Below, one piece after another: positions 9,372 through 19,348 of a stretch of 64,000 nucleotides of DNA. The first letter of the stretch is position 1; each line of letters starts with the position of its first letter. The notes beneath the pieces were generated by a model. That model made no database searches and was not told the DNA's origin. It was given only the letters and a program-made list of their open reading frames with translations. The position numbers were made by a program, and so were the translations under genes. This stretch comes from Anaerohalosphaeraceae bacterium (GTDB lineage Bacteria; Planctomycetota; Phycisphaerae; Sedimentisphaerales; UBA12454), in contig JAIORA010000047.1 of NCBI GenBank assembly GCA_021108375.1, positions 102,476 to 166,475 of the forward strand, in the 5' to 3' direction.

Positions 9372-9682
9372 AAATTTGTAGAAGCTATCCCAAAACCCTT
9401 ATTTTTGGCACTGGCAATGCCACGAAGGGTGTTCATTATGGTTTTTGGGATGAATTATAATAATAGCGAATATATGTAGTACCCTGTAACATTTGAAGTT
9501 ATGGGTACATAAACGGTTAAAAGATTTGTCATACCTGCGAAAGCAGGTGTCCAGAAGCAAAAATAACAGCCCGGATTCCCGCCTGCGCGGGAATGACAAT
9601 AAACAAAACCAAATGTTACAAGGTAGTAGTGTACGGATAAAAACGTTTCGCTGATGGCGACAAATTAAAAAGAGTAAAAATT

Positions 9683-10957
9683 ATGATAGATATAAAACTT
9701 ATTCGCGCCGAGCCGGAAAAATTCAAACAGGCCGCCAAAGCAAAAAATTTCAATGTCGATATAGACAGACTTCTGGAACTGGACGAACAAAACCGTGCTG
9801 CAAAGACTCGCTTGCAGGATATAACCACCGAAAAAAACGCTCTTGGCAAATTGATACCGAAACTTGCCGGCGAAGAAAAAGAAAATATACTCGAAAAACT
9901 AGCAGATTTGAAACAGGAAGAAGCAAAGCTAACCAACGAGCTTAAAGAAATCGTTCCGGAATTTGATTGCTTAAATAGCCAGGTTCCTCAGCCGGCAGAC
10001 GATGATGTGCCGAGCGGTAAGGACGATACCGAAAATGTCGAAATTACAAAATGGGGCGAGATTCGGCAATTTGCTTTCGAGCCTAAAGACCACGTAACGC
10101 TCGGCCTTGAGCTTGATATTCTGGACATCGAAAGAGGCGTCAAGCTGGCTGGAACAAGAAATTATTTTCTAAAGGGTGCCGGTGCCCTTCTGCACTGGGC
10201 GGTGCTGCGATATGCTCTCGATTTTATGGTTGAGCAAGGATATACACCTATAAGCGTTCCGATGCTGATGCGTAACGAAGCGATGATTGGAACCGGATAT
10301 TTTCCGGGTAGCGAAGAACAAACATACCGGATGGAACGAGATGAACTGAATTTAGCCGGCACAGCGGAGGTGCCGCTAACAGCTTATTACAGCGGTGAGA
10401 TTTTGCCGCAAGAAAAACTGCCTGTCAAATTCGTTGGCCTTAGCACCTGTTATCGACGTGAGGCAGGCGCCGCCGGCAAGGATACGCACGGCCTGTACAG
10501 GATACACCAATTCGATAAGGTCGAACAAGTCGTTATCTGCGAAAACGATAGCGAGCAAAGCGCTGCCCTCCACGAAGAAATTCGCCAAAACGCTGAGAGC
10601 GTTCTGCAGGGAATGGAAATTCCGTATCGAGTAGTCAATGTTTGCACGGGCGATCTCGGCAGAGGACAGGCGAAAAAATATGATATTGAAGCCTGGATGC
10701 CATCACGAAACAGTTATGGCGAAACGCACAGCGCGAGCAAGTTTTACGATTTTCAGGCAAGGCGGATGAACCTGCGGTACAGGGATGGCCAAACAAAGAA
10801 AAATGCGTTCTGCCACACGCTTAATAATACCGTTATCGCCTCGCCGAGAGTGTTGATATCGATTATGGAGCTTAATCAAAATGCTGACGGCTCTATAACC
10901 GTGCCGAAAGTTCTGCGAAAGTATATGAACGGAATAGAAAAAATCGAAAGCGAGTAA
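9683..10957 (+). CDS. serS: Seryl-tRNA synthetase
   Basis: N-terminal coiled-coil arm ([15 protein letters not shown]...) and class II core motifs ([27 protein letters not shown]; [16 protein letters not shown]). Confidence 0.9.
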   Translation: MIDIKLIRAEPEKFKQAAKAKNFNVDIDRLLELDEQNRAAKTRLQDITTEKNALGKLIPKLAGEEKENILEKLADLKQEEAKLTNELKEIVPEFDCLNSQVPQPADDDVPSGKDDTENVEITKWGEIRQFAFEPKDHVTLGLELDILDIERGVKLAGTRNYFLKGAGALLHWAVLRYALDFMVEQGYTPISVPMLMRNEAMIGTGYFPGSEEQTYRMERDELNLAGTAEVPLTAYYSGEILPQEKLPVKFVGLSTCYRREAGAAGKDTHGLYRIHQFDKVEQVVICENDSEQSAALHEEIRQNAESVLQGMEIPYRVVNVCTGDLGRGQAKKYDIEAWMPSRNSYGETHSASKFYDFQARRMNLRYRDGQTKKNAFCHTLNNTVIASPRVLISIMELNQNADGSITVPKVLRKYMNGIEKIESE

Positions 10958-10961
10958 CGCC

Positions 10962-11282
10962 TTGAAAAAATGCCCATTTTGTGCTGAGGAAATTCAGGAC
11001 GAAGCTGTTAAGTGTCGATATTGCGGCGAGTTTCTTGATAATTTTCAACCAAAGGTATCAAAACCGCAAGGCAAATGGTATTTCGCTACATCGTTAATCG
11101 TAATAGCAATTCTCTGCGTTGGACCATTGGCACTGCCGCTGGTGTGGTTCAATCCAAAGTATAAAATTATCACAAAAATCTGGGTAACCGTTGCGGTTAT
11201 TGCGGGGACACTATTTTTATCTTATCTCACCGCTGAAGCATATAAACAATTTATGGATATGTTTAAGACACTCGGAATGTAG
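10962..11282 (+). CDS. Small zinc-ribbon membrane protein
   Basis: CPFCAEEI...CRYCG zinc ribbon followed by two hydrophobic helices. 106 aa. Confidence 0.5.
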   Translation: MKKCPFCAEEIQDEAVKCRYCGEFLDNFQPKVSKPQGKWYFATSLIVIAILCVGPLALPLVWFNPKYKIITKIWVTVAVIAGTLFLSYLTAEAYKQFMDMFKTLGM

Positions 11283-11293
11283 CAGGAGAGAAA

Positions 11294-13786
11294 TTGGACG
11301 AAATCCAAAAAAGTATCCTCCGTCTTAAAGCAGAACTTCAGGAAAAACCGCCCATCTATATAAACATAATGTATAAATGTCCGGCATTTATACCAGCGGC
11401 GGTAATAATAGCTGGAATCATTTTTCAATATCATTTTCACATTGCCCCCGTCTGGCTGCTTACACTTTGCACAGGACTATCGGCAGGGTTTTTAATACTC
11501 GCAAAATTCGGCAAAGCTCGTCTCGCTCCCGCGAAAATGCTGCTCGCTATTCTTTGTTTCGCCTGTCTCGGCTCGGTAAGGCTCAGTGCCTTCGAGAAAA
11601 TAGACGTTGACGATATAAGGAATTTTGTCAGTGATGAGCCCCGGTTCGTCCATATAAAAGCAGAAATAACGACAGAGCCGCTAACGGTTCTCGCTGACGA
11701 TTGGCAAATGGCTAAGTTCAGCAGAGTAGAGCCTTACACCGTTTTCTACGCAAAGCCATTGCAGATTAAGACAATTGCCGGATGGGCAGATGTAAGCGGA
11801 AGAATGAAATTTTATACAGGACAGGAAAACACATCACTGCAAATCGGCGATGAAATTCAAAGCTTCTGTAAAATAAAAACCTTCAGCCCTGCCGACAATC
11901 CCGGACAATATGATTATAAAAAGACAATGAATCGCAGGGGAATTTATGTTTGTGCCTCTGTAAAAAATTCGGCTTCAATCCAAATTCTCACAAATAGTCG
12001 AAGAAATATATTGGCCAGAATACAAACAAAGCTAAGACAGTTTGCAAGATTATTCTTAAACTTCGACATTGAATCCGAAGACTCCGGTGGCCTGCTCGAT
12101 GCGCTGCTGCTTGGACAGCGAACAAAAATAGCCCCGAACATCTATGACGCATTCAAAAAAACCGGGCTGCTGCATCTTATAAGTCTTTCCGGCCTGCACG
12201 TAGGTATCTTCGCCGGTATCGTCTGGTGGGCAGGAAAAAAAACCGGGTTGACAAGGTCATCCAGAGCAATGCTGTGCGTTTTTGCGATAGCGGTTTTTAT
12301 AATCATCGTTCCCGCAAGAACGCCCACCATCAGGGCAGCAATAATGTTTCTGACGTTTTGCACGGCGGAGATATTCAAAAAAAGAGTCTCCGCGTTCAAC
12401 TCGCTGGCTCTGGCGGCAATAATCATTACCCTAATTAGGCCGATGGATATATTTAGTGTCGGATTTAGCCTGTCTTTCGCCGCGGTAAGCGGAATTCTGC
12501 TCTTTTACAAACCTATCAATCAAAAAATGGTGGACAATATAGAAAAAATTAAAAGCCCGCTTCTGCGCAAACCATTGCTGGCGGTAACGAGTATGGTAAT
12601 CGTGGGCCTTTGCGCCTGGCTTGGGACAGCGGGGATACTCGTTTTGCACTTCAATGAAATTCAGCCCGCCTGTATCCTCTGGACAGCGGCGGCAATGCCG
12701 TTTATTGTGGTGATACTGCCTTTGGGATTCATCAAAATCCTTTTGGCTTCAGTCCTGCCATCTCTGGCTCACTTTTTAGCGATACCGTTACAAGCTATTA
12801 CGGACTTATTCATCTTCACGATAAAAACTTTTGCTCAACTAAGTCCAGCACCGATAGTTACGGGACATATAAATATACTGATAATACTCCTTTATTACGC
12901 GACACTTTCCTGCGGGACTCTCCCCTGGAACAGATACTCTGGTAAATACTATAAAGCAAAAAAACTTTTGTGTACCGTTGGAGTAATTGTGATTGTGTTG
13001 CTGGTGTGGCAGTTTAATTTTCGGCCAAATACAAATACATTAAGCCTGAATATTCTTTCGGTCGGGCACGGCCAATGCATTGTAGCTGTCTTGCCGGGCG
13101 AAAAAACTATTATCTTTGATTGCGGTTCTATCAGTAAAAATAATGTCGGCGAGAGAATCGTAACAGCTTTTCTGAACTATGCCGGACTGAGAGATATCGA
13201 GTCGGTTTATCTAAGTCATAACGACATAGACCATTTCAACGGCATACCAGAAGTTGCTGAGCAGAGAAAAATCAAAAATGTTTATATGTCAGAAAAATTT
13301 ATCGCTCAGACAAACTCTTCAAAAATAGCAGCGGTACTGGTGAATTTTCTGACACGGAAAAACATACCCATAGAATTTACGCCACAATTAAAAACGCTTG
13401 GGAAAGTTACTATCAAAAAAATCTGGCCTGTAAACGAAGAACTTCAGGACCTGAGCGATAACGACAGTTCGACGGTTTTGCTCATTGAATATGCCAACAG
13501 AAAAATTATGCTATGTTCCGATATAGGCAAATACGCTCAGGAAAAAGTAATGAAACTTTATCCCGAACTTGATGTGGATGTGATAACTTCTCCGCATCAC
13601 GGTTCACAAAGAGATGCCGTAGATGGCTTTGAACAGGCTTTTAAGCCGGAATATGCTGTAACAAGCTGTTCACACTATCAATCCCAAAGGAATCCTCGTG
13701 GCAAGAATTTTTTAACCAGCGATTCAGGATGTATAACTATAAAAATAAGCAGCACCGGCAAAATAAACATTGCGACCTTTAAATAG
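11294..13786 (+). CDS. comEC: ComEC/Rec2 DNA-internalisation competence protein with a C-terminal metallo-beta-lactamase domain
   Basis: 830 aa with a polytopic competence domain (LLHLISLSGLHVG) and a C-terminal MBL region (HNDIDHFNGIPEV...SPHHGS). Confidence 0.85.
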   Translation: MDEIQKSILRLKAELQEKPPIYINIMYKCPAFIPAAVIIAGIIFQYHFHIAPVWLLTLCTGLSAGFLILAKFGKARLAPAKMLLAILCFACLGSVRLSAFEKIDVDDIRNFVSDEPRFVHIKAEITTEPLTVLADDWQMAKFSRVEPYTVFYAKPLQIKTIAGWADVSGRMKFYTGQENTSLQIGDEIQSFCKIKTFSPADNPGQYDYKKTMNRRGIYVCASVKNSASIQILTNSRRNILARIQTKLRQFARLFLNFDIESEDSGGLLDALLLGQRTKIAPNIYDAFKKTGLLHLISLSGLHVGIFAGIVWWAGKKTGLTRSSRAMLCVFAIAVFIIIVPARTPTIRAAIMFLTFCTAEIFKKRVSAFNSLALAAIIITLIRPMDIFSVGFSLSFAAVSGILLFYKPINQKMVDNIEKIKSPLLRKPLLAVTSMVIVGLCAWLGTAGILVLHFNEIQPACILWTAAAMPFIVVILPLGFIKILLASVLPSLAHFLAIPLQAITDLFIFTIKTFAQLSPAPIVTGHINILIILLYYATLSCGTLPWNRYSGKYYKAKKLLCTVGVIVIVLLVWQFNFRPNTNTLSLNILSVGHGQCIVAVLPGEKTIIFDCGSISKNNVGERIVTAFLNYAGLRDIESVYLSHNDIDHFNGIPEVAEQRKIKNVYMSEKFIAQTNSSKIAAVLVNFLTRKNIPIEFTPQLKTLGKVTIKKIWPVNEELQDLSDNDSSTVLLIEYANRKIMLCSDIGKYAQEKVMKLYPELDVDVITSPHHGSQRDAVDGFEQAFKPEYAVTSCSHYQSQRNPRGKNFLTSDSGCITIKISSTGKINIATFK

Positions 13787-13790
13787 GCAT

Positions 13791-13820
13791 AAAAAAACAG
13801 CCCCGAATTTTTCGGGGCTG
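13791..13820 (-). terminator. Rho-independent terminator for the minus-strand OmpA-family gene
   Basis: Stem CAGCCCCG/CGGGGCTG with a 7 nt loop. On the minus strand it is followed by a U7 run (the A-run at 13791-13797 on the plus strand). Confidence 0.5.
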
Positions 13821-13865
13821 TATCTCCGTTAACAATTCCTTTTGTAAAACGGCGTTAGCCGTAAA

Positions 13866-14546
13866 TTATCTCATATGAACAACAATTTCAACTCTACGAT
13901 TTCTTGCTTTTCCGCTTGAGGTTTTGTTAGGACCAACCGGTCTGCCCTGGCCGCAACCGATGGCACGAATACTATCATCCAGTACGCCATTAGCGTTGAG
14001 CTGACGCAAAACAGCAAGAGCACGTTCGGAGGAAAGCTGCCAATTATCCTTCCATTTTGATTTCTTTATCGGGTCAGAATCAGTATGGCCTACAACATCG
14101 ATGAGCCTGCCGCTATACTTTTCGTTTATAACAGAAACGATGTAATTGAGGTCTGTCTTTACGCTTTGCTTTAGAATAGCTTTGCCTGAGTCGAACAAAA
14201 TTGTATTAGGCAGTGTTACGGTAATCGTTCCAGCGGTGGAATCGACATCGACCTGATAATTTTCGCCAAAACCTGTAGCCTGTCCCGGAGTCTGGTTGCG
14301 TTCTTCAATTTGCTGCCTGAGTTCATCTATGGTCTGCTCACCCTCGGCAAGTCTTTGAGCTATCTCTTCTTTTTCGGAAGAGCTGCCTTCCAGCGTTGAC
14401 TGGCAATTTTCATAAAGTCCCTTAAGGTTCTGGTGCTCAACATTTAAAGCGGTATACTTTTTTTTGTAACTCGTACAGCCTGTCAGAAAAGTAGCTGCGA
14501 CAAAAACAAAAGATAAAGCCAGAATTTTTTTCGTAAAAGTACTCAT
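13866..14546 (-). CDS. OmpA-family peptidoglycan-binding lipoprotein with an N-terminal coiled coil
   Basis: Lipobox LTGC, then a C-terminal OmpA-like domain (VVGHTDSDP...LSSERALAVLRQL...RRVEIVV). Confidence 0.8.
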   Translation of the reverse strand: MSTFTKKILALSFVFVAATFLTGCTSYKKKYTALNVEHQNLKGLYENCQSTLEGSSSEKEEIAQRLAEGEQTIDELRQQIEERNQTPGQATGFGENYQVDVDSTAGTITVTLPNTILFDSGKAILKQSVKTDLNYIVSVINEKYSGRLIDVVGHTDSDPIKKSKWKDNWQLSSERALAVLRQLNANGVLDDSIRAIGCGQGRPVGPNKTSSGKARNRRVEIVVHMR

Positions 14547-14585
14547 TAGTTCACTCCTTTTATAAAGAACCAGATTGTCTTAACC

Positions 14586-15728
14586 TTAGCGGAACAGCAT
14601 ACTATTCAGCCAGTTCCGAATCCCATCGTGTATAATCATAACCACAAAGAGGCCCATTGACAAGAACGGACCGTAAGGAATTTGCCTCATTTTCTTAAAA
14701 AATATCTGCGACCCCGCCCAGAACAACCCGAAGAACGGTGCAATAAAAAACGCTATCACTACCGGCCAAGGTCCGAGTACCGCACCGGCGGCACCCATCA
14801 AATGCACATCTCCAAGCCCCATCGCCTCCTTACCGAACAGCATTGTCCCCAATATACGCGTTGCCCACACAACCCCGCAACCGATGAGATACCCCCATAA
14901 ACTCCCTGCAAGCCCTGCGATGACAGGATGTTGTGAAAAATCTATCCACCAGTTCGCAAAGGTTTCGCTGCTGGAATAAACCTTTATCGCAGCAATTGAA
15001 CATATTACTGGCGGCAATAAAAAAATTACCTCTTTTAACATTTCCAAACGGTGATTATAATTTTGCTCATCCGAATTTTCGTCATCTGCAGGGTGAGATT
15101 CATCACCGAGGTAGCTCGTCTTGATAATTCCGAGCCATAAAAAAATCAGCGAAAAAAATAATCCTACAAATGCTCCAGCCGAGAGAACAGCTATTTTAGC
15201 CGAAGCTACCGGAAAAAGAGCGTAAAATCTGATAGTTCCCGGCTCCAAAACCAGTGGCGCAACTGCCGAGGCGACAAGTCCAACAGCGGTAACGAGCCAG
15301 CATATCGAAAGTGGAATTACCCATAATTCAAGGTCTATCGCCGAAGCTGCTATAAGTGCTGCAAGCATTATTATATGCACAGCATAAATCAGCCAGCCGC
15401 CCTGCAAAAAATCCGGCAGGCCCGTGCGAACCGGATTCATAAAGTAAAGCACATACACCGCTACGAAGATTGCTGCCGTGAACAGTTCGATAATAAAATA
15501 TCTCGGCGAAATTTTTGCTTTGCATTTGCGACATTTTCCCAGAAGGATAAACCACGAAAAAATCGGGATATTGTCGTAGAACTTTATGAATGCACCGCAG
15601 GCCGGACACGCTGAAGACGGACTTACAAGCGATTTATCACGCGGCAATCTGTAAATTACAACATTGAGAAAACTGCCAACGCTGGCCCCAAGAGTAAATA
15701 TAAATATCAGAATTAACCAGTCTGGCAT
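14586..15728 (-). CDS. pilD: Prepilin peptidase (type IV leader peptidase, A24 family)
   Basis: N-terminal GASVGSFLNVVIYRLP and a Zn-binding CPACG...CRKC tetracysteine, then a polytopic membrane domain. Confidence 0.85.
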   Translation of the reverse strand: MPDWLILIFIFTLGASVGSFLNVVIYRLPRDKSLVSPSSACPACGAFIKFYDNIPIFSWFILLGKCRKCKAKISPRYFIIELFTAAIFVAVYVLYFMNPVRTGLPDFLQGGWLIYAVHIIMLAALIAASAIDLELWVIPLSICWLVTAVGLVASAVAPLVLEPGTIRFYALFPVASAKIAVLSAGAFVGLFFSLIFLWLGIIKTSYLGDESHPADDENSDEQNYNHRLEMLKEVIFLLPPVICSIAAIKVYSSSETFANWWIDFSQHPVIAGLAGSLWGYLIGCGVVWATRILGTMLFGKEAMGLGDVHLMGAAGAVLGPWPVVIAFFIAPFFGLFWAGSQIFFKKMRQIPYGPFLSMGLFVVMIIHDGIRNWLNSMLFR

Positions 15729-15794
15729 TACTTATAACCCGTTCGTAATTTTTTGTTATGGATTCACGATTCTGCAAAACCGACAGATTATTTT

Positions 15795-15960
15795 TTAGGG
15801 TAGCTCTAATAATTGCTTTTGAGCGACAAGTAGAAAATTTTTGTTGTCCGGCAAGAAAGACAAATCAGCTTGAGCCATAGTTCAAGCGGCTTTTGTCTGA
15901 CGCAGTCCGGCGATAAAAAGGTTCGCTTGTTCGCCAAAATGAATTTTTAGAGGTTCCCTT
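15795..15960. repeat. Interspersed roughly 170 bp repeat, full-length copy, in inverted orientation relative to the copy at 26768-26935
   Basis: About 93% identical to the reverse complement of 26768-26935 as aligned by eye. It lies between pilD and argG, and its right end supplies the last four codons (KGNL) and the stop of argG. Confidence 0.6.
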
Positions 15961-17218
15961 TAGTTTTCTTCTTAGTAGTTTTTTTCTTTACGATTTTTCT
16001 GGCGGCCTGTTTTTTTGCCAGTGCGCCTGCAACCGTCATCTGCAAACCAAATAATTTGATAAAGCCGGTAGCATCTTTTGGGTCGTATTCATCGCCCATT
16101 GTGAAGCCGGCCAGGTCCGCGCTGTAAAGACTGTTGGGACTCTTTGCTCCTGCCGGAGTGCAGCGTCCCTTAAACAGTTTCAGCCTTACCGTGCCAGCAA
16201 CATTCTGCTGAGTCTGGTCGATGAATGCGTCGAGAGCGTTGCGCAGGGACGAGAACCATTGGCCGTTATAGACCATTTCAGCGTATTTCAGAGCTATCTG
16301 CTGTTTGTAGTGGGCAGTGTCCCTGTCAAGAGTGAGGGCCTCAAGCTGCTTGTGAGCGGTATAAAGGATTGTCCCACCGGGCGTTTCATATACGCCTCGC
16401 GATTTTATTCCAACGAGCCGGTTCTCAACCAAATCTGCCTGTCCGACAGCGTGTTTGCCGCCAATTTTGTTGAGCGTCTCAATCAGTTTCACACCGTCAA
16501 TTTTTTTGCCGTCAAGCGAAACCGGAATACCTTTTTCAAAACCTATCTCAACATATGCAGACTTGTTGGGAGCTTTGGCAACCGGGTTTGAAATCGTAAA
16601 GAGCCTGTCGTTTGGCTCGTTGGCAGGGTCTTCGAGTTCAGCACCTTCGTGGCTGATGTGCCAGAGGTTGCGGTCGCGTGAGTATATTTTCTTTTTGCTC
16701 TGCTCGATTGGCACTTTGTGTTTTTTAGCGTAATCGATGGCAGCTTCTCTGCTGGTAAGCTCGAACCGAGCGTCCTTCCACGGAGCGATTATTTGAAGCG
16801 ATGGGTCAAGAGCCATAAACGTTAACTCAAAACGTACCTGGTCGTTGCCTTTACCGGTAGCACCGTGAGCAACACCGATAGCACCTTCGGCCTGAGCAAT
16901 TTCGACCTGATGCTTTGCAATCAACGGACGAGCAATGCTTGTGCCAAGCATATAATCATTTTCGTAAATGGCTCCGCTTTTGAGCATTGGCCAGATATAG
17001 TCGGCAACAAATTCTTTGCGAAGATCTTTAACGATGCACTTAACCGCACCGGAGGCAAGAGCTTTTTTCTTTATGCCTTCAAGCTCATCGCCCTGGCCAA
17101 GCTCAGCGGCAAAAGCAATAACATCATAGCCGTAAGTTTCCTTCAGCCACGGCAGAATAACACTCGTATCAAGCCCGCCGCTATAGGCAAGGACTACCTT
17201 TGGATTGGACTTAGCCAT
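15947..17218 (-). CDS. argG: Argininosuccinate synthase with a lysine-rich C-terminal tail
   Basis: [11 protein letters not shown]-loop and a canonical ArgG core. The tail ...[22 protein letters not shown] extends beyond the usual C-terminus. Confidence 0.9.
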   Translation of the reverse strand: MAKSNPKVVLAYSGGLDTSVILPWLKETYGYDVIAFAAELGQGDELEGIKKKALASGAVKCIVKDLRKEFVADYIWPMLKSGAIYENDYMLGTSIARPLIAKHQVEIAQAEGAIGVAHGATGKGNDQVRFELTFMALDPSLQIIAPWKDARFELTSREAAIDYAKKHKVPIEQSKKKIYSRDRNLWHISHEGAELEDPANEPNDRLFTISNPVAKAPNKSAYVEIGFEKGIPVSLDGKKIDGVKLIETLNKIGGKHAVGQADLVENRLVGIKSRGVYETPGGTILYTAHKQLEALTLDRDTAHYKQQIALKYAEMVYNGQWFSSLRNALDAFIDQTQQNVAGTVRLKLFKGRCTPAGAKSPNSLYSADLAGFTMGDEYDPKDATGFIKLFGLQMTVAGALAKKQAARKIVKKKTTKKKTKGNL

Positions 17219-17526
17219 TTACAAACTCCTATTAAATAAATGATTATAACGATTGGAGCAAGATTTGGCAAGTGGTGAAAAACAAAAAAAACCCAATTTA
17301 GTTAGCCCCCGGGTCTTGTCCCGAGGGTATTTACATATTGTTTATCATTTTCCCATCGTCGTTTAGCCTCGGCCGGTATGGCCGAGTTAGTTAGCCCCAC
17401 ATTTACAAATGTGGGGTTGCAATTTCCTTTTTTTTAATCCGCGTAATCTGCGAAATTCGCGGTTAAAATAGTTCGTAAAAATCTGTGTAAATCCGTGTCT
17501 AAAAATTGAATTGCTCTAACAGTTTC

Positions 17527-18225
17527 TTACAGTTCCCATTCCGCTGATTTTCTGACGAGCTTATTTTGTATAACAATACCTATCGCCGTAGTAAAAATCA
17601 AGATTACCGGCAAAAACCAATTCTGCTGATTAACAAGTGTCTGCACATAATCGGTCGGGTCGGTCTGGGCCAGTTCGTAAAGATGGAAAAGCCCGAGCAT
17701 CCCGACAACTATCAACGTCGCCCCGCCCATACTCGTAAACAGTATCACGGAAATTTTGAATACGATGAATGAAATCATTCCGCCGGCAACTATCCCTATT
17801 ACCGCACCGGCCCAGATGTACTGCTCCGGCAGACCCACCGCATACCATATTCCGCTGGTAACAATTCCGCCCGATATTGCTCCGAGAATACTAACAGCCC
17901 ATCGCATTAGCGGAATCGATAGCAGCCCAAGAGAAACCAAGCCGATAACCCCGCCCCATAAAACCGAGCCGAGCATCTCCCCAAGTTTCATACCTGAGAA
18001 AAGCCCGACCATTCCGAAACAAACTACCGCCAATACCTTGAAAATCCGCCAGCCGTAAAGCAGATAAACCGCTCCGAACGAAACAGCAACAAGAGCCTGC
18101 AGCCACGTCAAAGCTGAAATCTGTTCCCAAATTAAATCCATTGGCACAATATCGGTTGTCTCGGCCTGAACAGCAGCCGTTTCAGAGGCCTTTTCCGCAG
18201 CCTGGGCAAGAATCAGTAAATTCAT
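17527..18225 (-). CDS. Hypothetical integral membrane protein
   Basis: 232 aa with about six hydrophobic helices. No recognisable motif. Confidence 0.45.
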   Translation of the reverse strand: MNLLILAQAAEKASETAAVQAETTDIVPMDLIWEQISALTWLQALVAVSFGAVYLLYGWRIFKVLAVVCFGMVGLFSGMKLGEMLGSVLWGGVIGLVSLGLLSIPLMRWAVSILGAISGGIVTSGIWYAVGLPEQYIWAGAVIGIVAGGMISFIVFKISVILFTSMGGATLIVVGMLGLFHLYELAQTDPTDYVQTLVNQQNWFLPVILIFTTAIGIVIQNKLVRKSAEWEL

Positions 18226-19067
18226 TTCTCTTTTCCTTTGTCTTTATTTTTTTTATGCGTTTTTATCGTTTTATGGCTCGGCGGCGACAGTACAAGCTGA
18301 ACAACCGCCCCAAAAATTATCATTACTAAAAATACAACCGAATACAAAGTCGGCCTTTGCGAAATCAGCGTAATCGGAGCAGAACCTTTGTAAAATAACA
18401 GCATTGTCATACCGACAAAAATAATGGTCGTTCCTATCGCCGATGACATAAGCGATATAAAGAGCCTTGCCGTTGCCATCGCGATAACCGTCATTATAAT
18501 TGCCGCAAACCCGGCACAAGCAAAACTGCCGCTGCCGCAAAGAGTCAAGCCCTTTTTTGAATTCTCCACAAAATATCTTGCCATTTCAATCGTTATTTCA
18601 ACCGCCATCGGCGAGGCAATCGTCTCTGTTGTGGCGTGGTATTGCGGCCAGGTAGGATACGGATATTGCGTTATAAAATCCTCAGCAACAACTGTATTTG
18701 AATCGTGGCCGCTGCCACTGTAAAACTCTGCTGCCGGCGGCGAGTTGTCGCAGGCAAAAAATAAGAGTACAATCCCTGCGGCAAAAATCGTTCCAAAAAT
18801 TCCGAGAACAATTTTATCCATCAACAGCCCTGCCGCAAAACCAACCGCCACAGCAACCGTCACGGCAAAAAGCCCTTCTGCGCCGAGGGCAAAAACTCCA
18901 ACAATAGCCATCGTTGCTCCGGCCAACGCGCCGAGAAGCCACCGCCATCTAAGGCCGGCAAGCCAAACCGACAGGCCAATCAAAACGAGCAGTACGCCGG
19001 GAGCGGTTAAAAGCTGGGTCTGAAATTTCTGAGCTAAACTCTGATAATATTCTAACGCTTCAAGCAT
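18222..19067 (-). CDS. Hypothetical integral membrane protein; 4 bp overlap with the downstream membrane protein gene
   Basis: The ORF-track N-terminus overlaps tRNA-Leu and is rejected. The proposed start is the Met of MLEALEYYQSL at 19067. The product is multi-TM with a KNKDKGKEK C-terminal tail. Confidence 0.4.
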   Translation of the reverse strand: MLEALEYYQSLAQKFQTQLLTAPGVLLVLIGLSVWLAGLRWRWLLGALAGATMAIVGVFALGAEGLFAVTVAVAVGFAAGLLMDKIVLGIFGTIFAAGIVLLFFACDNSPPAAEFYSGSGHDSNTVVAEDFITQYPYPTWPQYHATTETIASPMAVEITIEMARYFVENSKKGLTLCGSGSFACAGFAAIIMTVIAMATARLFISLMSSAIGTTIIFVGMTMLLFYKGSAPITLISQRPTLYSVVFLVMIIFGAVVQLVLSPPSHKTIKTHKKNKDKGKEK

Positions 19068-19184
19068 AAATCCACATTCTAAATTCGCAGAAATCCTTCT
19101 TAATAATAATATCGGCCTTGGGGGCGTGAAATGGTTAAAAAACGCTGAAAATTGCATTGCAGGGAACTTGAAGAGGAAAAAAAG

Positions 19185-19268
19185 TGCGGATGAGAGGAGT
19201 CGAACCTCCACGAGCCTAAGCCCACAGGCACCTGAAGCCTGCGCGTCTGCCAATTCCGCCACATCCGC
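19185..19268 (-). tRNA. tRNA-Leu (anticodon CAG), type II with a long variable arm
   Basis: The minus-strand sequence GCGGATGTGGCGGAATTGGCAGACGCGCAGGCTTCAGGTGCCTGTGGGCTTAGGCTCGTGGAGGTTCGACTCCTCTCATCCGCA has the anticodon loop TTCAGGT and a GTTCGAC T-loop. It is very similar to E. coli tRNA-Leu(CAG). No CCA is encoded. Confidence 0.85.
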
Positions 19269-19348
19269 AACTAAATTGGTAAAAATGCTGAAACAGAGAT
19301 AATATCGATTTTTGCTTCGTAGTCAAGGTTTTTTAATCGACAAAACCG

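Noticed and set aside
9406-9422. Possible sigma-54 promoter TGGCACtggcaATGC upstream of serS
   Set aside because: There is one mismatch to the -12 element (TTGC). It sits about 260 bp from the serS start with no enhancer-binding-protein gene nearby, and the same bases form a simple hairpin. The evidence is insufficient.
18222-19262. ORF-track N-terminus of the membrane protein (MAELADAQASGACGLRL...)
   Set aside because: Its first about 65 codons are the reverse-strand reading of tRNA-Leu and its flanks. The gene was trimmed to the internal Met at 19067.
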